A stretch of 64,000 bases of DNA, counting the filler, from Candidatus Hydrogenedentota bacterium (GTDB taxonomy: Bacteria > JBFMHD01): the NCBI GenBank assembly GCA_040752395.1. It is 21 parts of 21 records of this genome, joined end to end, with 100 filler letters (N's around TTAATTAATTAA, not from the genome) between each part and the next. Parts side by side here need not be neighbours in the genome. Positions count along the whole stretch, not along the records: positions 48,039 to 53,341 come from JBFMHD010000037.1; positions 53,442 to 64,000 come from JBFMHD010000090.1; 19 more parts are not named here. The stretch is one strand, 5' to 3'. Made by a program: the position numbers and the translations under genes. Below, one piece after another: positions 53,198 to 64,000 of this stretch (the stretch's first letter is position 1; each line of letters begins with the position of its first letter). The notes under the pieces are model-generated. The model searched no databases. It worked only from the letters and a program-made list of their open reading frames with translations, and was not told the origin of the DNA.

Positions 53198-53341
53198 GAT
53201 TGAAAGATTAAAAAATTAAAAGATACGGCAAGGAAGTGTATATTTTCGCTTTCTTTACTTTTAACTTTTGACTTTTTACTTTTAACTTGTCATAGGAGTT
53301 AGAAGTTAGGAGTTCGTAATAATAGCTCCGAGCTCCGAACT
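53192..53341 (+). repeat. AAAGATT / ACTTTT / GGAGTT-hairpin mosaic
   Basis: Near-identical inverted copy at 56756-56932. Confidence 0.92.
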
Positions 53342-53441
53342 NNNNNNNNNNNNNNNNNNNNNNNNNNNNNNNNNNNNNNNNNNNNTTAATTAATTAANNN
53401 NNNNNNNNNNNNNNNNNNNNNNNNNNNNNNNNNNNNNNNNN

Positions 53442-56400
53442 TGAATTTTCATCAGCCCAGTCACTATGAGGATAACCAGGATCCGCCGTTGTTACTCCGG
53501 GTGTGATATCATTAATACCTGGTTTGGCTGCAGAATGACGGCCATAATATATTATTCCGATAGAATCACCATTACTCACACCAAGTGTTGATAACGGGAT
53601 CCGAAACTCACCAAAGCCACTACTTACTGAAACTTTATAATCAGTTCCATCAACAAGTGAATATTCACTCGCCCAACTGCCATCAGTCTGAGACGCAACG
53701 TATCTTATCATACCTGAGAAATCATTTAATCCATAACCAATGTAACCCTCGACCCAGAAATCAGCTGCGTATTTGTAGCATCTTGTGTTGCCAGATGATT
53801 TCCATGGGTCGTATTCACAACCTGCAGGATATGTATCTGTAATGAATAAAAACCCATAATGAGCAGACTGCTGACTCTTATCAGTCTCTAAATCATAATG
53901 GTCACCCATCGCTTCCCAGCCTATGTACAAATAATTTATATCGTTTGTCACATAAATACTCTTGCATAAACCATCAGGGAATGTTTTACCGTCATCTCCT
54001 ACATCATCGCTATCCGGGGCACCTGTTGTTGTTGGTGGTACTGAACTTGAGGCAAGTGGGATACTACCCCAGGCAGCATCTTTTGTACCATCAATCGTTG
54101 GCGTAAATGGAGATGTGACAGTTGAATCAATTGTCATTATAGGCTCGGTACACCGTGTATAATAATATGCTCGCAGATTAGAGATCGCTTGATTTAAATC
54201 CGGGTATTGAATATAAGCTGATAGTGTCTGCGGATCTGTACCTGTTGGATTGGCATTCGGGCTGCTACCCCATAAATAACCATTTGCACCATTAAAGATA
54301 TAGTAAACTACTTTTATGGGTTTACTGCCACCTATATCATCCCACTTGATACTAAACTCTAATGTACCATTTGAGGTATGTTTTGCACCTGTACCATTCC
54401 ATGAACTACTGGACCATGCCCCACCAGTCCATTTCCTTAAATCTTTATACTCATTGCCGCTGCTTCCTGGGTCATACGGTGCATACATAAATACCCAGTC
54501 TGCTCGAAACGGTAAATTATGAGAACCATTCCAATCTACACTCGTATATGTCCCAAAATCATCTGTGCCTGTATCAATGTATAACATTATAACATCGTAT
54601 TCTGATGCAGAGGTAGTAAAGCTGCTTCCTCGATTACAAGCACCGTACAAAAAATCTACATCCCAGATTATGCGGAAGTCTGTAGGTCCAACCGCAGGTA
54701 GTTTCGCGGTATCAGGCCATTCACCTAATCCTGCATCAACATTTATTAAGACATCGACTACAGAGTTCGGCGGGAACGTATCTGATGAGTCATAATAATA
54801 ATAATAATAAGTAAACGTGACAGGCGGCGCAGCACCGCCACCAGGGTTCTTTGTCGGATACGAGGTCCAGACATCACCACTACTTTCATATTGTTGGAAC
54901 GCAAACACAGAAAAAGTATCAGGTTTACCTTGATTATTTGTAAGCCTGTCCCAGCGAAGCCGTACCTCAGTAACTTGAACCGCATTATATCCTATATATG
55001 CTTCACCAGTAAAAGATGCATTATCTTCAACAGTTGACCACGCACCACCACTATTCTGACGAAGATCATAGTAACCACCGTCCTCTATACATACAGCATA
55101 ATCCCATTTAGCATTATTACTGGTTGGTAAATTATGCGGCCCATACCAGGCTACTCCCACCCCACTTGTTCCTGAATTATTTATACAATCAAAATATACA
55201 AAAAAATCGCCATCAGAACCTCCATCACCTGCGTTTAGATCTTTATAATAATACCCGAAATATAATGATGTATCATCCCAGGCTAATAAAAATCTCAGGT
55301 TTTCAGATGAATCAAGCTCCATATATTCATCGCCCTTCCAATCTGATACACTCCCATCAATCGTAATAGTTTCCATATTTATTGTAATATATTTTGTATC
55401 AACCCATGCTTTATCAAATACTCGAACAGGTATCTGGTTCTCACCATAATTTAGTGATGAATATGCATTCGCATCAATCTTGAAATCCTGCGTATAGGTA
55501 TCAACATCTGTTGAAAAGATTGTGTACCATACATTGTTTACCTGGTACTGTGCGGTATCAAGTTGAGAGCCGATACCTCCATTCCCGAAATCAATATCAA
55601 GAAATGGCGTTTTATAAGCTGTATTACCTTTGAATACATAATAATTATCATTTAAGATAATGTTCGGGATTGCTGCATCTACCTGAAACTGGATATATTT
55701 CGTAGTTGTGGTATCAAAAGTTCCCTGACCCGGGATATTCACTATTGTAAAAGTACAGGCTTCTGAAGTATCCTGGACCGAATCAGTGGTAACAGTAAGC
55801 CCGAGCTCGGCACCACCTGATTGAGTAAAAATATCGCCATTATCAGTTACTGCTTGAATATCAAAATCATTGTTTTCAGGCGATGTTGTATTTGAGCCTT
55901 GAAAATATACAGTACAACCACTCCATGTCACATTTAAACTACTCTGCGTCCAGCCCCCAGAAACTATTCCGTAGTTATTTGAAAGATTACCGACTAATCT
56001 CAAATCATTTTCATAATTAAATGTGACACCGGACGGATTTTGTTCAAACCCATCAGATGCACCTGCTTCATCCACAACACGCATCTCAACAGGAATGCCG
56101 GTTGTTTCAAGTAAAGACCAGCCTATCTTAATCGCATAAGTACAGATCAGGGTCGTATATTGTAAAGTATAAGTGCAACTTGCGGTTACAAGGTCGTTAT
56201 ACGTATCACCTGTTGTTTCCGAAAACGCGCTTGTATTGCCGTGGTCAAAATAAAACATCACTGTGTAATAAGATGTGGCATCATATTTAAATCTTATATA
56301 CGTTGAGTCTATGCCTGATGCTGCGTCAGTACAGGGAGCGGTATTAGTGCAGGTACCGACAAAACTATATGTTTTACCCGGGTATGCATAATTAGTATCA

Positions 56401-56507
56401 TAGAGTGTAGAGATACTAAACGAAGCATTCCCCGGTATACCATAGAGTGAAGCTGCCTTTGTTAATAATAATAAACCTGCGATCAAAACTATAACTCTGT
56501 TTTTCAT
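53442..56507 (-). CDS. Large secreted multidomain protein with DOMON/CBM9-like repeats (3' truncated)
   Basis: Signal peptide; ITIDGSVSDW, INVDAGLGEW and PTIDGTKDAAW units followed by WD...LY.G and EFxI.W. Confidence 0.75.
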
Positions 56508-56755
56508 CTCTTACATTCACCCCGCACCTGCCCCCCCCCCAGCCTCTCTCCTCATACCAAAAAATAACCAGATTGAAAATGATGTTTTTAAAAGAACCCT
56601 TTGTTACACTACTAATCTGGTATGGTGTAAAACGATTTAGTTATTATAATAATTTTAATACTATTTAAAATTTTAATCAAGCAAAAATGAACTGAAATTG
56701 TAATGCCTCAGTCCACTACGGGTCTTGTGACCCTCACTACATGTCTTCATAAACT

Positions 56756-56932
56756 TCGAAAAAGTTCGGAGTTCGGAGCTCGGATCTATTATTACTAACT
56801 CCTAACTCCTAACTCCTATGACAAGTTAAAAGTAAAAAGTCAAAAGTTAAAAGTAAAGAAAGTGAAAATATACACTTCCTTGCCGTATCTTTCAATCTTT
56901 TAATCTTTTAATCTTTCAATCTTTGAATCTTT
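56756..56932 (-). repeat. Inverted copy of the 53192-53341 mosaic ending TTTTTCGAAG
   Basis: Shared core GATACGGCAAGGAAGTGTATATTTTC. Confidence 0.92.
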
Positions 56933-57009
56933 GTGCTTTTTTGCAAGCTGATCATCTATTTCAAATAGTTTTTCTTGACAATTATATCGCTATTTTATTG
57001 TATTCAAAT

Positions 57010-57399
57010 ATGAGAAAAATAACAAAATTATGGTTTAAAAGAAGTTTATATGATTATACTACTGCTAAAGCAATGTATAGAACAAAACGATATCTTTATG
57101 TTATTTATTGTTGTCATCAAACAGTTGAAAAATTATTAAAAGTATCTGTCATTGAAAAAACGAACAGGCCACCCCCATATTCTCATAATTTATTAAAATT
57201 ATTAAATCTAAGCGGTATAAAAAATAAAGTTCCTGAAAAATTTATAACATTAACTGAGTTCTTAAACCCATATTATCTTCCAACTAAATATCCAGATGTA
57301 AAACAAGAATTGTTAAAAATTATAAATAAAGCCATGTGTAAGAATATATTAAATATTACTGGAGAATTCGTTAAATGGCTAAAACGAAAGCTCAAATAA
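57010..57399 (+). CDS. HEPN domain protein
   Basis: CCHQTVEKLLK, PPYSHNL..L and Y...KYPD. Confidence 0.88.
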   Translation: MRKITKLWFKRSLYDYTTAKAMYRTKRYLYVIYCCHQTVEKLLKVSVIEKTNRPPPYSHNLLKLLNLSGIKNKVPEKFITLTEFLNPYYLPTKYPDVKQELLKIINKAMCKNILNITGEFVKWLKRKLK

Positions 57400-57716
57400 A
57401 AAAAAGTATAAAAAAATATTACAAACTTATAAAAGATAAATATAATATCAAATATATTATACTTTATGGGTCGTATGCTAATGGGCATCCGGGAGAATAT
57501 AGTGATATTGATTTAGCACTTATCTCTGATGATTTTTTTAAGGATTATGCAGAGACTCTTTATACGCTTTCTACAGCATGTAGAAAAGCCGATATTGATA
57601 TTGAACCGATAGTTTTTTCTGTAAAAGAGTTTGAAAGACCTGAATCAGCTTCTTTTATTTTTGAAATAAAAAAAACAGGAAAAATAGTCTTTAAATACCC
57701 TGATTTTGTTTTTTAG
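57375..57716 (+). CDS. MNT nucleotidyltransferase domain protein
   Basis: ILYGSYANG...SDIDLALIS; overlaps the HEPN gene. Confidence 0.9.
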   Translation: MAKTKAQIKKSIKKYYKLIKDKYNIKYIILYGSYANGHPGEYSDIDLALISDDFFKDYAETLYTLSTACRKADIDIEPIVFSVKEFERPESASFIFEIKKTGKIVFKYPDFVF

Positions 57717-57983
57717 TATAGTGTTCTCAATTTAAAAACGAAAACGAAAACTGGGACGGTTCTGTTTTTTTACTAATAATCATTAATACACCTCTTTTCA
57801 GTGATTCTACTTCTTTAACTAATTTCTGAATCGTAATTGGTTTACTCATAAAAAATAGTCCTCCGGTCTGTCTTGTCTTGCTTTTTGCTTCTTGATATCC
57901 CCTCAGTCTACTACAGGTCTTGTGACCCTCACTACATTGATATATTATATTGAAATTACGAAAAATAAAATCTGAAGCATAAG

Positions 57984-59591
57984 TTATGAGCTTATTGTTG
58001 GCGTTACAGCTGGTTGTTGTTTAATGAGCTTGCGTCGATCCATAAATAAAACAACCGGTGCAGCGATGAAGATAGAGGAATACGTGCCGGTAATGATGCC
58101 GATAATAAAAACAAGTGCGAAATTTTTTGTAGTTATTGGTCCGAAAAAATAAAGGGCTACTGCAGCAAATAAGGTAGTAAGTGAGGTAATCAGTGTTCTT
58201 GATAAAGTCTGTGAGATACTGAGATTAATAATTTCATCCATCGGTGCACGTTTACGTAGCCCTAAATTCTCTCTGATTCTGTCGTAAACCACTATGGTAT
58301 CATTCAGCGAATAACCTATTAAAGCCATTATCGAGGCTATTAGTGGGATATCAAATTCTTTTTCAAGGATGCTGACAAGTCCGGCAGTTAAAGTTATATC
58401 GTGTATAAGCGATAAGATTGCGCCGAGTGCAAAACTTAAATCAAATCTTACAACTATATACACGCCCATAACTAAGAAACTGAGTAAAATAATAGCCAGT
58501 GCTTGTTTTTTGAGCGTAGCGCCGATACTCGGACCAACGGTTTCATTACTACCTAAAACAAAATTGCCGAAAACAAAATTATCTTTGATATCTTTTATAC
58601 ATATCGGTCGGACGTCTTCAAGTTCCTCGATCTCTTGCATACCGCTATATAAACCGCCGATATTCGTTTTATGGATTATGAGTTTTCTTGCGGTCTGGAG
58701 ATTTAAATCTTTTAATATATCATAAAACTCTTTATAAATCCTGTCAGCCTCAGTATATTTCAAATATTCATCGAGTGTCATTCTATCTTCTAATGCTTCA
58801 TTAATGTTTAATTTAAGTTCTTCGGTCTGGAAGACTTTCTTCGTAGTAAACCGAAGCTGTAATCTATCAATACTCACTCCTTTTAGTTCTTCAAACCCGA
58901 GCAATTCATCAAGTTTTTCTATCCTTTTTTGATTTGTTATAATGTTCTGGAGATTATCAATTAGCCGTCGTGCCTGGAGTGAAGAGATAATCTCATTAAT
59001 CTCGTCGCTTGAGTTAATATAATTAATATCAAATTTATCAAGAGGTATGTCTTTAGCGAAGATAGTATGCATAATATTAAACAAGAGATGGCTTAACATA
59101 TTAGTATAAATACTTTTAGCGGTCTCTTCAAGTTGAACCAGCGGTGTTTTATTTATGTCAGGTAGAATCTGGTTAGGAAGATACGAATATCTTTTACTGA
59201 ATTCAAATACCACGTCTTGCGGTACTTTTTTAAAGATATCTTTCACGTCCTGCTCTGATATTATCCTTCCTTCTTCGCGTAAATCTCCTATTTCCTCGAT
59301 TGCATCATCGATATAAGAGAGACCTTTAATCTTAATAAAAAGTTCTTTATTATCACGAGACGTCTGTATATCACCTGAGATATTCTTTTTTAATAGTTCG
59401 TTTCTTATAATAGCTATTTCATTCACACTAACAGCTTTATCCAGCAGATATGTTATCTGTACGCCGCCTGTAAAATCAATACCGAGCTCAAGTCCTTTAT
59501 GTAAAACGATTGAGATGAGTCCTGCTAAAATAATTATACCTGATATAACAAAATTAATCTTGAATAATCGAGTAAAATTAAAGATCCGCAT
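57984..59591 (-). CDS. secF: Protein translocase subunit SecF with a large periplasmic insertion
   Basis: LGIDFTGG, ETVGPSIG, LIHD, GYSLNDTIVVYDRIRE and TLSRTLITS. Confidence 0.95.
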   Translation of the reverse strand: MRIFNFTRLFKINFVISGIIILAGLISIVLHKGLELGIDFTGGVQITYLLDKAVSVNEIAIIRNELLKKNISGDIQTSRDNKELFIKIKGLSYIDDAIEEIGDLREEGRIISEQDVKDIFKKVPQDVVFEFSKRYSYLPNQILPDINKTPLVQLEETAKSIYTNMLSHLLFNIMHTIFAKDIPLDKFDINYINSSDEINEIISSLQARRLIDNLQNIITNQKRIEKLDELLGFEELKGVSIDRLQLRFTTKKVFQTEELKLNINEALEDRMTLDEYLKYTEADRIYKEFYDILKDLNLQTARKLIIHKTNIGGLYSGMQEIEELEDVRPICIKDIKDNFVFGNFVLGSNETVGPSIGATLKKQALAIILLSFLVMGVYIVVRFDLSFALGAILSLIHDITLTAGLVSILEKEFDIPLIASIMALIGYSLNDTIVVYDRIRENLGLRKRAPMDEIINLSISQTLSRTLITSLTTLFAAVALYFFGPITTKNFALVFIIGIITGTYSSIFIAAPVVLFMDRRKLIKQQPAVTPTISS

Positions 59592-59676
59592 AACACTTCT
59601 TGTCCTCAGGTATTTCGTAGTTTGGCCGGGTCTGGAACTTGGTCCTGCGGCAGTTTCTTGCTTCTTGCTTCTATCT

Positions 59677-61287
59677 TCATATACTAATCCTCTGCATTCT
59701 GTTAGTTTGTAACATCCATATATAGACTGTTCGTGTTATGTAGATAGCAGTAATCATATTAGAAATGATCCCTATAGATAGTGTCACGGCAAACCCTTTG
59801 ATGGGTCCTGTACCGAATTGATATAAGATAGCAGCAGCGATTACTGTAGTAAGATTAGAATCAAAGATAGCATTAAACGCCATATCATATCCAGCGTCAA
59901 TGGATCCTTTTAATGTTTTCTTTTTGATCAGTTCTTCTTTAATTCGCTCATTAATGAGCACATTAGCATCGACCGCCATACCGACAGTTAAAATAATGCC
60001 GGCGAGACCTGGTAGCGTGAGAGTAGCATTAAAATAAGCAAGCCCGGCAAATATTAAAACGATGTTTAAAACGAGTGCGGCATTTGCAAGCATTCCTGAC
60101 CATTTATATCTAACGACCATAAATATAAAGATAAGAATTGCGGCGACTTCTAAAGCGAGGATACCTTTTTTAATAGAGTCCTGGCCGAGTGATGGTCCGA
60201 TACTTCGTTCTTCAGATATCTTCATAGGTGCTGGCAGTGCGCCGGCTCTCAATTTAATAGCTAAATCTTTAGCTTCTTCTTCTGTAAAATTACCTTCAAT
60301 AATTCCACGTTCTCGTATCCCTGCTCTTATTGTAGGTGCGGACACGACTTTGTTATCAAGCACGATAGCGAGCTGTTTATCTATATTATTTGAGGTTAGA
60401 TCGAAGAACTTATCAGCGCCTTCGCCACCGAACTCAAAACTCACAATAGGTTTACCGAAATTATCAAAGACTACTCTTGCATCTTTGAGGTCTTTAGCGG
60501 TCATTGCTGGTCTATCGTATATAAGTACTTTTTCTTTAAATTCTCTACCTGCTCGTTGTTCGACGATTTCTTCATATCTATAACCTGGTGGTGTTCGTCC
60601 TGCCTCAGCTTGTTTTTTAAGGTTTTCGTCATCAGATGCGAGATAGAATTCAAGCAGTGCTGTGTTCTGTATCAAATTTTTAGCTCTTCTTGGGTCGCGG
60701 ATGCCTGCAAGTTCAACAATGATCCTATTTTTACCCATAGGTCTGATAACAGGTTCAGAGACACCGAACTGGTCAACCCTGTTTCTTACAATCACGAGTG
60801 CACGTTCAGTAGTTTCTTCAATAACTTTTTGAAATTTATCCTCGTTAATACTTAAAAGCAGCTCGTTCTCGCTTATTTCGGTTTCGATATCAAAGACAGC
60901 GTCTTTTAAATCTACTTCTTTCTTAAATTTTCCAAGCATTCCGGGATGTCTCATTTTAATCAGCACTTTAGAAGCTTCTTTTATCTCGTATTCGAAATCG
61001 CAGCCTTTATCAAAGGCTTGGGATCTGAGTCTATCAATATCATAAGAGATAATATCCTGTCTTACACGTTCCACGTCTACTTCAAGAACGAGATGCATTC
61101 CACCCTGTAAATCAAGTCCAAGTGAGATAGTATTCTTTTTAAGCGATATCTCTTTTTCTAAAGTAAAATTCTCTCGTTCTTTAGCAGAGTAAAGAAAATA
61201 ATATCTTGTGGTTGGATAAAGAAACCATAAAGAGATAATAATAATAATAAAACATATCCCGATTCTAATCTGTAATCCTCTATCCAT
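59677..61287 (-). CDS. secD: Protein translocase subunit SecD
   Basis: LGLDLQGG, RVDQFGVSEP, LRAGALPA and GMAVDANVLINERI. Confidence 0.97.
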   Translation of the reverse strand: MDRGLQIRIGICFIIIIISLWFLYPTTRYYFLYSAKERENFTLEKEISLKKNTISLGLDLQGGMHLVLEVDVERVRQDIISYDIDRLRSQAFDKGCDFEYEIKEASKVLIKMRHPGMLGKFKKEVDLKDAVFDIETEISENELLLSINEDKFQKVIEETTERALVIVRNRVDQFGVSEPVIRPMGKNRIIVELAGIRDPRRAKNLIQNTALLEFYLASDDENLKKQAEAGRTPPGYRYEEIVEQRAGREFKEKVLIYDRPAMTAKDLKDARVVFDNFGKPIVSFEFGGEGADKFFDLTSNNIDKQLAIVLDNKVVSAPTIRAGIRERGIIEGNFTEEEAKDLAIKLRAGALPAPMKISEERSIGPSLGQDSIKKGILALEVAAILIFIFMVVRYKWSGMLANAALVLNIVLIFAGLAYFNATLTLPGLAGIILTVGMAVDANVLINERIKEELIKKKTLKGSIDAGYDMAFNAIFDSNLTTVIAAAILYQFGTGPIKGFAVTLSIGIISNMITAIYITRTVYIWMLQTNRMQRISI

Positions 61288-61290
61288 TGG

Positions 61291-62379
61291 TTAACCTTGT
61301 GCGGTTTTCATTTTTTCCCTGTTCAATCTGTCTTTATGTATATCGATGACCATTTCGATCTCGCTCTGTGTTAATCCTGTTTGTTTTGATATATACGAGA
61401 TATTATATCCTTTATTAGTAAGATTGATCACCTCTTCAATAACGTCATCTTCTTTTTCTTCTTGTTTTTCGATTAATGTTTCCGGGTGTTCTCTGGTAAA
61501 ATCTTCAATTTTCTTTTCAACTATCTCGTGGAATCCAAGCTCACCTTTATATTCCTGGTCCTTCTTTTCGTTCAGTATGGGTGTAACGCGGATATCTAAC
61601 TCGGTCTTTTCTTCTTTCTTCCATTTTAACAAATCCTCTGCTCCTTTTAATACCTCGTCTTTCTCCTTTATCTTTTCATCACTTTTTAAGACCTCTATCC
61701 TTTTTCGCCTTCTTTTCAGTTTATTTATTATTTTCGAGACAAAAGAGGCCAATGGTTTATAAATAAACTTCAATATTATCAAACAGAGTATAAATACAAA
61801 AGTATATTTCAGTGTCTTAAAAATCAGGCTCCATTTTCTTTCTTTCTGGAGCGTTTTTTTAAAATCATTAACGATAACCTCTGATAAATTGTTTTTATCT
61901 ACTGGTTCTTCTATTGCAATAGCGGGTGGTAGTGCGGCTGTACTTTTATCATCCGTGCTTTTTATTTCCTCTTTAATTTCTTCATATACCCCTGATAGCG
62001 GTTGTGTGTTTTCAGTTATTTCTTGTGTTTTTAGATCCTCTTCTTGTGTACGGGTGATAATTTCTTTCTTTTCATCGGTCCATAATTCGAGTTCGAGATT
62101 TCTGCGTTCTTCGAATTCTGGCAGTGCCAATTTTTTATAAACGCTTATATTGATATCTTCTTCTTTTGTTTTATATTCCTTTTTTTTCTTAATCGAGGTA
62201 GCAGGTTTTGTGGTTGTTGCTTCTTTAATCGTTTCTTGTGGAACCTCTTTTTCTTGATACGTGTCTTTTGTTTCATCAATAATATATTCATCGATTCTTG
62301 AATAGACCTGTGCTGCGAAAATAGGATTATTTATAAAGATAGCGAGCAAGATTGTATATAATACGATATTATTCTTCAT
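61291..62379 (-). CDS. Hypothetical membrane protein with C-terminal HTH-like end
   Basis: Signal peptide, one internal TM helix, G..I..ISKQTGL..SEIE. Confidence 0.7.
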   Translation of the reverse strand: MKNNIVLYTILLAIFINNPIFAAQVYSRIDEYIIDETKDTYQEKEVPQETIKEATTTKPATSIKKKKEYKTKEEDINISVYKKLALPEFEERRNLELELWTDEKKEIITRTQEEDLKTQEITENTQPLSGVYEEIKEEIKSTDDKSTAALPPAIAIEEPVDKNNLSEVIVNDFKKTLQKERKWSLIFKTLKYTFVFILCLIILKFIYKPLASFVSKIINKLKRRRKRIEVLKSDEKIKEKDEVLKGAEDLLKWKKEEKTELDIRVTPILNEKKDQEYKGELGFHEIVEKKIEDFTREHPETLIEKQEEKEDDVIEEVINLTNKGYNISYISKQTGLTQSEIEMVIDIHKDRLNREKMKTAQG

Positions 62380-62695
62380 ATGTGATTCCGAGAGCATCTA
62401 TTTTATCTTTTTCTTTATTTTTTGCTTCCAGCATTTTTGATTTTGCGATCTCAATATTATTTTTAAAAATTTCTACATCCGGGTCAAGTATCAGCGCTAT
62501 TTCGAACTCTCTGATAGCTTCAGTAAATTTACTTCTTCTGAGTAATTCAACTCCTGCTTCATTATGTTTAAATGCCGAGGTTATTCTGAACCTTGCAGTA
62601 GAATACCTTAAATAAGTAAAGATTAAAATAAAAACAAGCAGCGTGCAGCCACCAGTCAGAATAAACCACTCAGAATTAAATAACACATCAAACAT
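62369..62695 (-). CDS. Membrane-anchored TPR protein
   Basis: N-terminal TM helix; N..GV.L.....EAI.EF..AL.LDP. Confidence 0.75.
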   Translation of the reverse strand: MFDVLFNSEWFILTGGCTLLVFILIFTYLRYSTARFRITSAFKHNEAGVELLRRSKFTEAIREFEIALILDPDVEIFKNNIEIAKSKMLEAKNKEKDKIDALGITYEE

Positions 62696-62876
62696 AAATC
62701 TAATCGAGTCAAAAACGAGTCTTTCTTCGCCGACCTCCTTTTTTTAATTTAATATAAAATAATAAAATCTGTCCATAAAAAATTTCTTACTCAGGTATTC
62801 CATAAAGAACGTGTGAAAAAATTCAATTTGCAATTTGCAATCTTCAATTTCGAATATCTTGCCTCTTGCCTCTATA

Positions 62877-63857
62877 TCAGTACCATCTTAAAATCACAGA
62901 GCCCCAGGTCAGTCCTGCACCAAATGCGGTCATAGCGATAACCTTTCCTCTTTGAACTAATCCTTGTTTTTTTGCTTCAGCTAAAGCCATAGGGATACTT
63001 GCTGCAGATGTGTTACCAAACCTGTCAACGGTAACGTATACTTTTTCTCGTGGCAACTCGAAAAATTTTGCCAGTGTATCGATAATCCTTAAATTAGCCT
63101 GATGTGGGATAAATAAATCTATTTCGGACTTATCAATACCAGCTCTCTCTATAGCGCGTCTCATAGATTCACCCATATTCTTTACAGCGAATTTGAATAT
63201 CTCAGCTCCTTTCATTTTAATGGTATGTTCTTTATCTTTTAATGTTTTAGGTGTTGGTAGCTTTCGTGTTCCGCCTGCGGGTATATAAAGTAATTCTGTC
63301 TGTCTCCCGTCGCTACCTAAATCAGCACCAAGGATACCATATCCATTCGGCACCTCGCCAAGTATCACGCTGCCTGCGCCATCACCAAATAAAACGCACG
63401 TGGTTCTATCTTCCCAGTTCACAAATTTACTTAATAAATCAGTACCAACAACCAGTATTTTTTTATACATCCCTGAAAGAAAATAATTATAACCCGTAAC
63501 GATCCCGTATGAGAACCCCGCACATGCGGCCTGGATATCCATACAGACCGCCTTTGTATTATTTATTTTTGCCTGTAATATGCACGCGGTTGATGGGAAT
63601 ATCATATCCTGCGAACAGGTAGCAACAAATATAGCGTCAATATCTTCTGCTTGTATATCAGAGTCTTTAAGTGCATTGATTGTTGATTCGTAAGCAAGGT
63701 CGCTTGCTGCCTGATGGTCTTGTGATATTCTTCTCTCTTTGATGCCTGTTCTTGTAACTATCCATTCATCCGAGGTATCAACTATTTTAGCAAGATCATT
63801 GTTAGTCAGAATCTTTTCAGGCGAATAAGCACCTACAGCCAAAATTCCACAATTCAT
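62877..63857 (-). CDS. fabH: 3-oxoacyl-ACP synthase III
   Basis: RTGIKERR, AACAGF, LFGDGAG, PHQAN, GNTSAASIP and FGAGLTWG. Confidence 0.98.
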   Translation of the reverse strand: MNCGILAVGAYSPEKILTNNDLAKIVDTSDEWIVTRTGIKERRISQDHQAASDLAYESTINALKDSDIQAEDIDAIFVATCSQDMIFPSTACILQAKINNTKAVCMDIQAACAGFSYGIVTGYNYFLSGMYKKILVVGTDLLSKFVNWEDRTTCVLFGDGAGSVILGEVPNGYGILGADLGSDGRQTELLYIPAGGTRKLPTPKTLKDKEHTIKMKGAEIFKFAVKNMGESMRRAIERAGIDKSEIDLFIPHQANLRIIDTLAKFFELPREKVYVTVDRFGNTSAASIPMALAEAKKQGLVQRGKVIAMTAFGAGLTWGSVILRWY

Positions 63858-64000
63858 TTTCTAATACCGTCCTAACCCGAATAAATCGGAAAAGAAATTT
63901 TACCACAGAATAATCGAAAAAACAGAGACACGGAATTTTTTATATATTTTTCGGTGTCTCTATAATTCAGTGTCTCCGTGGTAAATATTTTTGCTAAAAA

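Noticed and set aside
60062-60583. Long antisense ORFs within secD, OmpA/MotB, the beta-propeller gene and the 1037-aa ORF
   Set aside because: Shadow frames of well-supported genes with no motifs or RBS

Overview
This window is not one contiguous locus. It is 21 small assembly contigs from a low-GC, probably anaerobic diderm bacterium (or a mixed bin), joined by 20 artificial 100-nt N-spacers containing TTAATTAATTAA. The short contigs fall in steadily decreasing length, so adjacency across spacers carries no information. Housekeeping genes include glgA, hldD, thiG/thiH, an archaeal-type rnhB, clpX, tig, partial dnaA/dnaN, secD/secF, fabH, hdrC/hdrB, microcompartment genes (pduL, BMC-H, BMC-P) and glycosyltransferases. 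Accessory content includes IS4, IS110 and IS1634-type elements, toxin-antitoxin modules, an orphan Rhs tip and a phage head fragment. Two things stand out. (1) A very abundant, combinatorially shuffled intergenic repeat family built from 7-8-mer tandem hairpin modules. Its right end (TTTTTCAGAGGAG) sits 5-11 nt upstream of the start codon of many unrelated genes and appears to supply their Shine-Dalgarno. (2) An unannotated 49-aa peptide ending WQKPTLEDVSEKIMAQPYIRFT, followed by a PqqD/RRE gene and a radical SAM gene, which is a candidate uncharacterised RiPP system. A SecF with a large helix-hairpin-helix-like insertion is also unusual.
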